From assembly GCA_003427395.1 (NCBI GenBank), contig BFEA01000001.1, positions 7,977,639-8,041,638 on the forward strand: a stretch of 64,000 bases of DNA. Reading direction: 5' to 3'. Under the pieces are notes generated by a model. The model ran no database searches. It had not been told where the DNA came from and worked only from the letters and a program-made list of their open reading frames with translations. Positions within the stretch are counted from its first letter, which is position 1, and each line of letters opens with the position of its first letter. This DNA comes from Chara braunii. Taxonomy: Eukaryota > Plantae > Charophyceae. The translations under genes and the position numbers were made by a program. This document shows positions 10,616 through 22,122 of the stretch, in pieces.

Positions 10616-12312
10616 GAGGGAGAGAGCGGAGAGAGAGTTAGATCGTCGTCGTTCTCCTCGCTTTCCGAGGAAGAAGAGGGAGGAAGATCGGAAGGAGGAA
10701 GGAGACGGAGGTAGGAGGTATGTCGAACGATGGGGACAGAGCTATGGCTGGTGCTAGCCTCAGGCGCGATGCGCACCGTGTTGGCGCCGTTAGGACCGAG
10801 CTCGACAACGCGAAAACAGCCAGAGAACTTGGGAGCGAGTTTTCGGTCGTGTGCACATTTACGTACCTGCACTAGGTCCCCTAATTTATATTGATGTTGG
10901 GGCCCAGCATTTCCGTTCCGAGCCTCGTAACTACGGACCTGTCTACCGTGGGTCAGTTCGGTCATCCTTTGCCTTTTTCGGGCTAGCTTCGGGACGGCCC
11001 GTTCCATTAATTCGGTATACCTTTTGGCCTTGGCCTTGAGGGCTGCACGCGTGTCTCTGCCCCCTGCTTCGGCAATTTCCGAGCTACACCGGTAGTCGGC
11101 ACAAGGGAGGCTATTAGTTCGAAGCTGGAAAGGGGTAAACCCCGTGGACTCGTGGGGGGTGGCCCGGTGGATTCCGACGATCTGATATACAATCTCAGGC
11201 CACGGACGCGTGTCATGTGCCGCTAAGTTCCTGCGAAGGGCGGTTTTAATCATACGGTTGGCATTTTCGGCCAACCCGTTCGACTGGGACACGTGGGGTG
11301 CCATATGTCGGAGCGTGACGCCCCTTCGCGCAAGCAGTTCTTCTACCTCACCTTTGAATTCAGACCCATCATCGGTTAGAATTTCTTCCGTATCTAGATG
11401 GGTATAGAGGAACCGATCGATGTGCTTGGCTATTTCTGCGGCTTTTCGAGTCTTACAGGGATAGACTTCGATGTATTTGGAAAAATGGTCTATTAATACT
11501 AACAGGATAGAATATTCACAGCAGTTTGGGCCAGGTGGCACGTCGATATCTGTCGTGTCCATACTGACTCGCTGAAAAGGACGCTCTACTTCCGTTGGTA
11601 CTATCGTGTTTGGTCCCCGAATTGGGGCGCGATCAGCGGCACAAACCAGACAGTTGGCAACAATGTATTTGACATCATCTCGTATATTGAACCAGAACCA
11701 TCGGTTCTGGTCTACAGTTGCCTCCGTGACACGTATCGCGAAATGAGCGGCCTGTTCTTCGTGAGCAGATCGGATCCAATCGTATCTTTGGAATGGATGG
11801 GGAACCGTCAACCACGCACCCGATCCATCAGTTTTATGCTTTTTCAAATGACCGTTGATCCATCGGTAGTCCCGAGATCTCTCGGTTGCCCTACGTCTGG
11901 CGTGTTTGGTGAGGTGACCCAATGATAATCCTGCTAATTTCGCCAGTAAAATTTTATCCGTCCAAACCTCCGCTCGTCAGTATTTTTTGTCGTATTCCGG
12001 GCCGTCCGTACGGGTGGCCTCGAATCGAAGCTCCGTGGGGAGTTTGTTCGTTCTACAGAGAGGACACCTCTATTCCTTGCTACTCGTCCGATATCGAACG
12101 CAGGCCCCGTGCGCACGATTGACACACGTGGCACATTCTACCCAATCGACAAACCCGGTTTTGAAAGGATGACAGTCGACCCCATAGACCCGTGCAATGC
12201 ACGTGCAAAAATAACAGAATTTATCGGGGAGGGTGGCAAAGAAAGCTGAGGACGTGAGAGGAGCAGAATTAGTAGGAGACGAAGGGGTTGCGGAGGCAGG
12301 TGGGGTAGTCAT
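10582..12312 (-). pseudogene. PHD finger-integrase fusion ORF (two in-frame stops at presumed Trp codons)
   Basis: 12312-12070 and 11922-10582 are the same frame. PHD: CYFC..WVECATC.4.H..C..(W)RCPLC. IN: HHCC (HEEQAAH..CLVC), 'VSMD', 'LTDDGSEF', 'SNGLAENANR', GPY/F-like 'KLAPKFSGCFRV'. Confidence 0.88.
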
Positions 12313-12337
12313 GATGGTAGAGGAGGAAGGGTTGGGA

Positions 12338-12373
12338 CTGTATTACAGAGAGGGTAGAACAAACAAATTAGTC
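12338..12373 (-). promoter_or_regulatory. Putative branch point, polypyrimidine tract and 3' splice acceptor upstream of PHD-IN
   Basis: Minus strand reads GACTAAT-ttgtttgttctaccctctctgtaata-CAG between the RNase H stop and the IN ATG. Confidence 0.55.
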
Positions 12374-12383
12374 CTCGTGTCGC

Positions 12384-13800
12384 TTACTGCTTCATCAGGA
12401 TCTCCACTTGGTCGTACCGAGGTCCGGTCTTCTGTTCGGGTTCATTCCACGGAATCACCTCCTCGTTCTTGGGAACTTTCTCGGGCCGGTGTAGTCGGGT
12501 CAGCCCGTCCGCATTCCCGTGTCTCTCGTGCTTCCGATGACGGATGTCAAAGTCCATGCTCTGCAGCACTGTTGGCCCATCGCCCGATCATGCTAGAGTA
12601 ATCCTTCGATTTCTTCAGAGCCAGCAGGGGCTCATGATCAGTTACCAGAGTGAACTTTCGCCCGTACAGGTAAGCGCGAAAGTGATTGATTCCCCAGAGA
12701 ACTGCGTAGCATTCTCCTGTTGGAGCGGCGTAGTTGCGCTTGCAGGCGGGCACTGATTTGGACGCATACTCCACCACGCTCTCGAGTCCACTTGGCCCCA
12801 CCTGGGCAAGGATCGCCGAAATTGCCTCGGGCTGCCAGTCGGTGATGAGAACAAAAGGCTTTTCGGGATCCGGTCTTATAAGGACCAGAGCCGAAATGAG
12901 AACGGCCTTGAGCTTGGAAAACGCTTGATCACACTCCGGCGTCCAGATCAACGAATGATCTTTACGTAGCAGATTTGTGAGGGGTCCTGCAATCGCCGCG
13001 AAGCCCTGGATAAATCTTCGGTAGTACGAGGCCAGGCCCAGAAAGGCGCAAACTTGCGTGATAGTCGTAGGCACCGACGCATCCCTAAGAGCGGCCACCT
13101 TCTGCGGCTCCGGTTGGAGCCCCTTATCACTCACCATATGTCCCAAGAAGGAAATGGTGGTCAGAAAAAACTGACTCTTCTCGAGCGCCACTTTGAAACC
13201 CGCATCCCGTAGCGTGTGCAGTGCCCATTCGATGTGCTGCACGTATCCCTCGTAGGAACTTGAGTACACCAAGATGTCATCCATGTACACAATTACGAAG
13301 TAGTTGATGATGCTCTGTGCCAAACGAGTCTTCCACACGAAATTATGAAAAGCCATGTTCATGGCTCGCTGAAAGGTCGCGGGGGCGTTGCAGATACCCA
13401 TCGGACATCGAATCCACTGCCACGTTCCCTCGAAAAGCACAAATGTTGTTTTCGGACGATCTTCTTCTCGAACAAGAAGATGATGGAACCCATGGCGAAC
13501 ATCAAACTTGCTGAAAAATCGAGCACTCCCAATCGCATCCAACAACTCATCAATCCGGGGGAGGGGGTACACATCTTTGATCGTGATATCATTCAACTTT
13601 CGATAATCAATGCAAATGTGAATCCCTCCGGTGTTTTTAGGCACGATCACTACGGGAAAAAACCAGGGACCTATTGCGGGTTCGATCCATCCATTAGCTT
13701 CGAATTCTTTAATCCGCTGAAAGCGGCTGCTCGTTGAGCTGGCGAGTATCGGTAAGGAACGCAGCTAATGGGTGGGTGGTCTCTCGTGAGAATAGCATGT
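12384..13800 (-). pseudogene. pol: Gypsy reverse transcriptase-RNase H (frameshifted)
   Basis: 'CIDYRKLN', 'YPLPRIDELL', 'PMGICNAPATFQ', 'YMDD', 'FLGLASYYRRFI', 'LVTDHEPL', 'GNADGLTR'. Confidence 0.95.
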
Positions 13801-13804
13801 TCAA

Positions 13805-15523
13805 TCACATAGTTAAGCCGATGTCATTATCTTCTATGCTCAATACTTCCGCGTAACTATTTAACACGCAGATTAACGATTTCCGAAGCTCCGCGGGGAC
13901 TTGACCTGGTAGGGTGATTGTTGGTCCCCCGAAAATCTCAAGGGGCATGTCGATCCAATCAATCGGCCATTCCCGCCGATCATGGATACTCGAGAAAACG
14001 GAACTACTGGTGCGAACAGAGAAGACAGTTGCTATCATCTGGGACTCAGCGGGGCTGATCATCTCCGTTTCCTTAGTTTCAGCATCAGTCTCTGAACCTA
14101 CCGAGGTTGGTTTCACAGTTAGCCCCGTCAGTTCCGTCATTTCTTGCATCAGATCAGGTACATCACTTACCGGTGCTTCCGCCTCCTGTTTAATCAAGGC
14201 GATGGTGGCTCCTGTCGTTAGTAATGATCTAGGCGGAAAAACAGAAACATCCAAATACTGTTTCGTTTGCTGATAACGCGTTCGTAAGGAGAGAGCTCCT
14301 TCGTACAGGGTGCGAGGGGGTTCCAGATCATCGGCCAGGTCGGATACTTGTAAAAGGGGTTCCCCGATCAGGACTGAAGGGCTAACTTGGGTCATCGGAG
14401 GCGTAAGTGCGCTGTCCGTTGAATCCATGTGGAAGCTTCGAGCAGTGTCCGGACGTACTTGGAATTCTTCGAGAATTTCGTGTTCGAAAAGTTCGACAAG
14501 GTGCCTCCATTCATCTTCGCTAGGCAGCTCTTGTTTGTATTCCTGTTCCGCGATTCTACTATCGATGTCGAAAGAAAAACATTCTTCGGGATTAGTGGAT
14601 CGAATCAGCCCTATTTGGGCCGGGTTAGGGGTTTGCTTTATCGTTCGGGTGGAAATTCGCAAGGGAATAGTTTGGGGCTTTCCCCCAGTTTGCGTGAGCA
14701 CCAGTTGTTTTGAATCGAAATGCAGTCGTGCGCCTACCGCCATCGCCCAAGGTAGTCCTAACAACACAGAATAGGAACGTACATCTATCACGAGCGCGTT
14801 GACAAGGACGTGTACTCGTCCGACTTTTACAGCCACATTCTCGATAATGCCCACGATGTTCATTGCTTCCTCGTCGGCAGAGACATAATGGTCTTTGCCA
14901 GATAGAGGAAGAATGGCTCCAAGTCGTCCTGTCTTTTTGACAGTGTCTAATGATATGGCCACTGCAGAAGATCATGTGTCGATAAGGGCGTCGAACGGCT
15001 TGCCCCACACCTCACAGTCACATTCCGCGCTTTTCCATAGTACCGACCGAGCTCGTACGAAGTGATCTTTTTCTGCTCGAGAGATCGTTGCTATACGTGC
15101 GGCTTCGGGTTCAGGTTTCCTTGTATCGGGAGATGCAACTTCCTCGTCTCCTTCCTTCCTTTTTAACATTCGCTGTATACGGTGGTACGTGAAGCGCGTT
15201 TGATTTTTTTGACAATGTTGTAAAAGTTTATCATTTGCATCTTCGGATATGGTGAGCAAATGTCCTACCGGGATAGGAACGCGAATATCTAGTTGCTTGA
15301 GTGTTTTCAATACATCAATGTCCCCTGTGCGAAACTGCGGACCAGGATTGGATTCGTGATCGACCCATTCGAGATCATCCGGGGCCGATCGGATCGCTCC
15401 GATCATGCCTGCGAGATGAAGATACTCAAGTGGATCGACCACGTCAGCGGCGTCGGAGGAAGAAGCTCCCGATGTCGACGCCGTTGCCAATGAGGGGAAC
15501 GGTTGTTCTGGGGCATATGCCAC
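13805..15523 (-). pseudogene. Aspartic protease region and long linkers (catalytic DTG mutated to DT*)
   Basis: 'ALIDT*SSA' and 'VLLGLPW'. Same frame as gag. Confidence 0.85.
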
Positions 15524-15589
15524 GTGTTCTCTTCACTGGTCCGTATCCATCAAAGCGCCCACTCGTCCTTGGTTCAGGGCGACAGGGGC

Positions 15590-16723
15590 CGCAGCAGGTG
15601 GAGGCTGATTACGCTTGGGCTGCGGACAGTCTCAAGCAAAATGCCCGGGCTGTTTGCAGTTAAAGCATTTGATTTTTCTTGTTGGATTAGGTAGATGAGG
15701 GAACTGAGGTGCGTACCTCGGAGCAGGCGGGGCAGGCAAGAGTGGAAATGGCGCAGGGGCGGGCCGAGCAGGGGCCGGGTTGGGCTTGATTAGCCTGCCC
15801 ATTATCTGTTTCATCCGCTCCATATGAGCGGCCTGCATTTGGATCAAGTTGCTCATCCATTCGGACTGCTTCGTAGTAGCCGTATGGATCGTCTGAGTAA
15901 GATGTAAGTTGGTTATGGCCGGCAAGGGGGGTTCGGGTGAGATTCCGCTTTTAACTGCCGCGATCGATTGATTCACCGGGGGAGAGGAAGAAGAAGCAGG
16001 CGGGATATCGGAAACGATCCCGCCGGAAAGGTCATGGTCGGGGCGGGGATAAAATCGTTTGACCGCCTGCAACCACGACCGCCTTTTAGTCGTTAGGTCC
16101 CGTATGGTATCTATAATATCTTCGTCTCCCTGACTGATATATTTTTTTGTATCAGCCAAGTCCAGTTCCAGTACTTTATCAATGATAGTCGATAACTGGT
16201 GTATTTTCGGTGGGACTTTTTTCTGCGGTTTCCCTTTCAATGTCGGACTTCGTAGGTGATCGATCAACAAATCTTGAGCGGATTTCTCGTCTCGCCCGGA
16301 TTTGTCCAACGTGGTTTGAAATCGATCCACAAAATCGGGCAACAATTCCCCTGGTCCTTGGGGCCAATTTTTTAGCACGTACCAGGCGGCATCTTCACTG
16401 ACCGTATCGAATCGAGCCAAGAAGGCTTGTTTGAAAGTATTCCAATCTACCCATGTATGTTTTCTAAACCAGTCATGCGACGTATTGCGGAGTAGCAATG
16501 TCAGAACGCGGGGAAGATCGGCGGCGCTGTAGTTTTGAGCTTCGACAGCTTCCAGCCAAGCCTCGGGATGGGTATGGTTAGGGAAGAAAGGGAAGGGGGC
16601 AGGGATGTTAACGATCACTCTAGTACCGTCCACCATTGGTATTGAGGGTGCAGCCGTACCAGATTGAGACCTGGTGACAGGGCGATCTCGATGAGCCACT
16701 TGAGGATCTCTCCTACCTCTCAC
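15590..16723 (-). pseudogene. gag: Gag (capsid plus CCHC zinc knuckle, stop inside the knuckle)
   Basis: 'WNTFKQAFLARF', 'QGPGELLPDFVDRF', 'CFNCKQPGHFA*DC'. Confidence 0.9.
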
Positions 16724-16759
16724 CAGTTCGACTTACTATCATCAGAACCGATACGTGTC

Positions 16760-16772
16760 GGCTCCGATACCA
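16760..16772 (-). promoter_or_regulatory. Primer-binding site (tRNA-iMet)
   Basis: Minus strand TGGTATCGGAGCC directly abuts the 5' LTR. Confidence 0.9.
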
Positions 16773-19448
16773 ACCTCAAGCCCTGTGTTGTCTTTTGTTC
16801 GGAGTGTTAGGCGTGCGGAAAGAGGGCCCGAAAAACAGCAAGATGGGGTGTGCCAAGGATTTTTGGAAATTGAGTGTGGGGACACAGACGGAGCTGAAAT
16901 CCCCCGTGTTGGTCCGATGAAGCAAGTCGATTGCTTTCGCGCATCGCGGAAAGCGCGCGCGGGCACGACGCGAAAAGAGAAAACTCCAAATTCAATCCAA
17001 AAAGTATTGTCGGGCTTCCCACCGGGCTACAGCCCGTCGTTTAGAACGGAAAGGCTTTGGCACGCTTCGCGTGTCCCGTTTTCGTATCAAGTCTGGTCGC
17101 CGTTCGTCGGTCAGTTCCGAGTCTGACGTGAATGGTCTCAGCCGCGTGGATCTTTCTTTGTGCTCGTCTTCATTCCGCACACGGTAGTGGAAACCCCTGG
17201 ATTCATAGCGCTCAAAACGCTGGCATTCGGTGCATAGAGTGCGCGGCCAGTGGGGTTCTANTGNCGTCCACGNGATNACGATCAACTCGTTAAATGGCAA
17301 CAATATCGAGTAAGGTGGGAAGTGCGTATCGATAATGACAAATCCAGCCTCTACGAACCNTGAACAGNGGTTGGCCGGAGGGAAGTAGTATCGCCCNNCN
17401 ATCTGTGCGACANCTTCTCGTACGTCCCACTNGCATACACGTGTCCTTTCCTCGTTGTAGGGAAAAGGCCGTGTTGAGGCGGGAGGTGCAGGAGGTTGGC
17501 GCCCGATCAAAGGGTGTTTGTCAGTCCACATGTCAATCAATTGCAAAAACCTCGAGACGTCCTCATCAAAAGAAAAGAAAACACTCGCGCAACTCACAAT
17601 CAATCCCTTTCGACATCNGCTTGATCNTGCANATAACCNAGAGACCGATCCGCAGCTCAGGTTTAGTGAGCCAACGCGACGTTGATCNCAGNCGCCTTGT
17701 TTCTCCAGNCCGCCCCGTTGATCGGTGGCAGATGTCGTGCAGCATAAGGCAGATGGCATGCGCAGTGCATTCAGAACTACAGATCTAAACACTCTTGCAT
17801 TCTCGGACAAAATCCCGACGACCATCGTNTAATCAACNCAAAAGAAAGTCACTCATTTCCATACATACATTCACTGTGGAAGGTGCGAAAATGAGACATG
17901 CATATGAAAAGACGGGTTGCTTGAACAGTACGCACGCATCCACCGTTCACAAGACAAAAGGANCAATNCCTCGTCATCTGGGGATTACCCAGGAAACTAA
18001 TGGAAGAGTTTCGGAAGAAGTTCTTTCACGNTGAAGAGNACACAGATTCATTCAAAGGAGAGACAGACATCGAGACACATCATNATTCAAGGATAGAGGA
18101 GAGAGAGGNAGGTGAGGGAAGAGAGTTGAGATAGAAGATGGNACAATCCAAAAGATGGAAGTTCGGCGTTGNCGCCGTGCACTCACTCNAGAGATAAGGG
18201 TCCGCAACAACAAAGGCGCATTCGNCGTTAATTCCAATATGGCCCCAGGCCAATCACTCACTCCACTCCAATCATCGATCCTCATACCCGCACTGACGAT
18301 CCCGANCGTCGCGTGCTAACTTCCACCNCTGAGATCGTCACCCCGCTGTCGTAGACTCGACACGGCTCGCCCAGATCCCACAGTCCGTCGTNGCGATCAA
18401 GNGNGCAACCGGCCAGCCTATCGTCANCCCGACANGACTTTTCGACTCGCATCAAAACACTCTGCCTAGCCACTGCTTTCCGGAAGCTGGCTCAGGAGTC
18501 GAGAACGTAANNGAGCTTTGCGGACGCGCTTGCGGGTTTTATAGTTGCGACAANGGAGATAGAAGGNGGAGAAGGCGANGGGAAAGNTGGGGTGTAAGAG
18601 GGGAAGCAGGAGGAGAAGACTTTGAGAGGATTGCTCTGTGAATGCCATGTTGATCCCTCGGAACTCAAGGTTCAACCAATCAGATTNGTCNCGCAATAGG
18701 AAAGTCCTATTGATCGGCGTACCTGATTGGCGAGCGGGAGTTATCGACGGATCAACCGGGCNTCGTGCGTTGGACTCAGAGGGTGAGGAGAGAAAAGGCG
18801 CNAGAAGTAGNGCNANACGGGTCCAAGATTCAGATGATCAAGAAAGGGAATTGGNCNCGCAAAAAGNGAAGCGGGGGANAGAGAGAGNGAGGGAAAAACA
18901 GTTACGAGGAGAGAGAAAGAGGAGGGAGAANGGGGAGGGAGNGATGCGGGGGTCAGAGAGGAGAAAGCTTTTGCATGCGNGGCGCCGTCAACAAAAAGAA
19001 AGAAAAAGGCACCAAAACAGTTACAGCTTGCCTCTGTCATAATTCAAAAATTGAAATCACCATATNCGCGCGCNAAAAAGNGACGCGGGAAAAGAAGATC
19101 CTACGCCTATTNGTATTCGTGCAAAATTCCGAGAGTTTTCTCCAANGCGACCNAGAACATTCNCACACAAAAAGGAGGCGTCGAAGTTCCGCTTATCCCG
19201 GAATTCCCAACTGTCGGACCCAATTCCCAGTGCGCTCGCTAAGGCGCACGCAATTTNCTATGAATTTNCCGAATTGCAAGAAAAAGGAAAAGCAGAACCC
19301 GAGAATCGAAAAAGGCTTCTGAAAGATGGGGGCCAAAAATGCGGCATCCGAAATCAAGAAAACGAAACGGGGTTTTTATGGGGTCGGTATGGTACAAGCA
19401 AAAGAAGGGTACGAAAGATAGCACGGGTTCGGGAAGTGGTTCGTCACA
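16773..19448 (-). repeat. 5' LTR of family A element (ends ...GAGGT, no terminal CA)
   Basis: Direct repeat of 5373-8048, adjacent to the PBS. Confidence 0.92.
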
Positions 19449-21288
19449 CACACAACCGGTCGTTCTCATTCTGGCAAGGATATGTCGGGAGCCTCGAATG
19501 TGATTGGCGAAAAAGTTGTTCGTTCTCCCAGTATCTTCGATACTCGAGATTCCTCAGACTGGCACGGTCAGTGATCCAGAATGGGACGCCAATATCCATA
19601 TTTGGCAGGAGGGACTTGACTCATACATTTGCCCGCGCAAGGAGGAAAGGTGTTAGGGACGGGTCATGCAGACACGCGTATACGTGATGACTGTTGTTAT
19701 GGTAGTCATTCGTATGCGTGTGTGCACATGATCTGTTTCCCGGATCCGAATCGACCTTATAAATCAAATGGTTGTCGACGGGCAAAAAGGAAAAAGGAGA
19801 GGAAATAACTTTCCCATGCGTCAGACGTCAATCACACGGGGATTATGTATGAGGAAGATCCAATTCATGCTAAGGCCTATACACAGATCGTATCCTACAG
19901 GTTACGCATGTATCTATTCCGACCCGGGTTTGTTGGGAGAGACAACTTCGACAGGGTTAACGCAAAACCACACTGTCGATCGCTTCCGCATATACAAAGG
20001 CATGATCATTCCAAAAGCGGGCGGGATTACATGCATGTCTCCATACATCCGTACTTCCACAATCGACAATCCTTCATGCAAGTCATTTGAGTGATCAATC
20101 AATTTTTAGAGATCGTCATACATTCTGCATAAAAAGAAAAGGGACGGAATGGGGAGGGAAAAAGGCTCCATACGTCAATCAAAGTAAAGGAAGGAAAGTC
20201 CAAAAGTGCCGCAAATGAGAATTGACAAAACCAAAGATCAAAATTACACAGAAGATGCGAAGAAATAACACCACTTCAACACACCGCACCCTCTCTCTCT
20301 CTCAAAGTTCCCATGATGCGGGCAGTCCGTCGCCTCGCACCCACCAAGAACCTGAATTTGTCATCCCGCTTAGTCTGACACACGCAAGTCAGATTCACCC
20401 GTGTGCCACAGTCCTTCGCAGCCACACGTCAACCCCGCATACCCAGCACGATAGCACCAGCTCGTCAGATCGCCCAACTTCCTACTCACCTTTTTGTCTC
20501 CGTCCGTTCGCCGATCCTCTCGACCACGCTAACTCCCAAGTGTGGATTAGAGAGCGAATTAGTCGCGTTTGCGAGCTTTATAGCAGTCGGTAGGTGCGCG
20601 AGGTAATCCCGGATTATGTTGAAGTGAGAAGTAGAAAGGAGGAGGGAGTGTCTACGGGTGCATGACGGGGCCGCGGCGTGGGGGACGTAGCCGCTCTCCA
20701 CGCATCGATCCAGTCATGCACCTGCAGGCCAATGAGATAGACGGGAAAGAGACGCAGAGAAACTTCGCGCAGCAAAAAAAAAAAAAAAAGGAGAAGAGAT
20801 CAAGAAGTGAGAGGATTACAGTTACATCTGCGCTCATCAAGAAGGAGCAAGAAGAGATTGCAGTTGCGATTAGAATTTAGGCGCGGCGGGGGCAGAGCCC
20901 AGGACAGGACGGAGTAATGCGTGCGCACGTAGGAAGCACCGTACGGTTACAGCGACAAAAGTCCGTGACAAATTACGACGCCCCTAATTCCTAAATCAAC
21001 CAAGGTCTTAATTCTCGTAATCCTTCGTATTTCGAATTAAAAAAAAAAAGGATTTCCCCGCGCAATGATCGTGCCAAAATTTCCCTCCCTCCAACAGAAC
21101 AAGAAAGAAGCTATGGCAACAATTATTTTCACGCTCGCTAAGGCGTAATCAATAACCAAATGTCGTGGGACCAGCCTTTTTCCAAAGGACGGGGGCATTC
21201 ATGTAGTTGGGCGGACCCTTCCCGATAACCCCCGAAATACAGTTGCGTAGAAAGTCGCGCGTTCATAGAAAGTAGTTCGTCACACCAG

Positions 21289-22122
21289 CTTTTTAACAGG
21301 TCTGGCCAGAAGCTGCCCTCTTGTTGTGCCCCCCCCTCCTCAACTTCTGTTGGTTTGCCGGTGTTCTGGAGAGTCTACTAGGGATTGACTAGAATCGGTC
21401 CATCCATATTAACGGGTCGGTCCCGGGGGGGGGCTGCTGGGGCTAGGCAGGCCAAATATTCGAAGGCCAGACTAGTCCATGGACAGTGGGGGGCAAAAAT
21501 GAAGTGTTTTAATCCACTGTAGGCAGAGTGCTTGTGTTTAGGTAGTTGGGTCAATGATCCCTAGTCCTCCCCCCACCTTGGGCTGTATTACTGTCTCCCA
21601 CGCTACCCAGCTCATCACGTGAGTGCAGTCGCAGTCCCCTTGTCAGAGGAATGCTGCCACTTTGGCCTCGAGTGTTCTCAATGCCATCCTACTCAGTGGC
21701 CAAAGGACACATTTATACCAAAGCGACGTGAATACTACGTTGTTATTGCCAAGGCCCGAACGAAGAGAGAGGTGTGTTTGTTCTTCCAATTTGCCAATTG
21801 CTCAACGTCGGGAGAGCTGGTTCACCCGTTGTTCGTGTCGGGTTTGCCTATCGCCATCATGAACACTACAAGGATCCTTAGAGGTGCTTTCAGTCGCAAC
21901 CACGTAACCTTTGGATCCTTCGAAGGCCGGCCCCCCTAATAGTGTATCTACCACCCTTATGTTTTACTCCCCCAGTTCACAATCATATCTGAGACATGTG
22001 CAAACTTCCCCAGCATGTGCTAAATTTCTTCCGAATTCTGGTGAGTGGCCTCTACCATGATTGTAAGGTCGTCGGCAAACAGGGAGCAAACAAGGACTGC
22101 CTCCTCAGGGATGTGGATAATC
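21289..22122 (-). pseudogene. L1-like ORF2 fragment (RT C-terminus), upstream continuation of 3343-4738
   Basis: 'SLFADDLTIMVE' at ~22052-22090 and a 'GGLGIIDP' motif. Follows TSD CCAG. Confidence 0.85.

Larger units (their letters stand above)
5362..19448 (-). mobile_element. Full-length but defective Ty3/Gypsy-type LTR retrotransposon (family A)
   Basis: Two ~2.7-kb direct repeats offset by 11400 bp, TGTGAC/GTCACA ends, TSD CACA (5358-5361, 19449-19452), PBS, and gag-PR-RT-RH-IN order. Confidence 0.95.
4739..21284 (-). mobile_element. Solo LTR (family B, ~2.45 kb: 4739-5361 plus 19453-21284) interrupted by a full-length Gypsy element
   Basis: Termini TGTGAC...GTCACA. TSD CCAG at 4735-4738 and 21285-21288. 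Shares the AACCTCAC and CGCTCGCTAAGGC motifs and the internal ORF with family A LTRs. Confidence 0.88.

Noticed and set aside
5362-19448. Classification as a DIRS/Ngaro element
   Set aside because: It has a DDE integrase, protease, tRNA PBS and TSD, and no tyrosine recombinase motif was seen.
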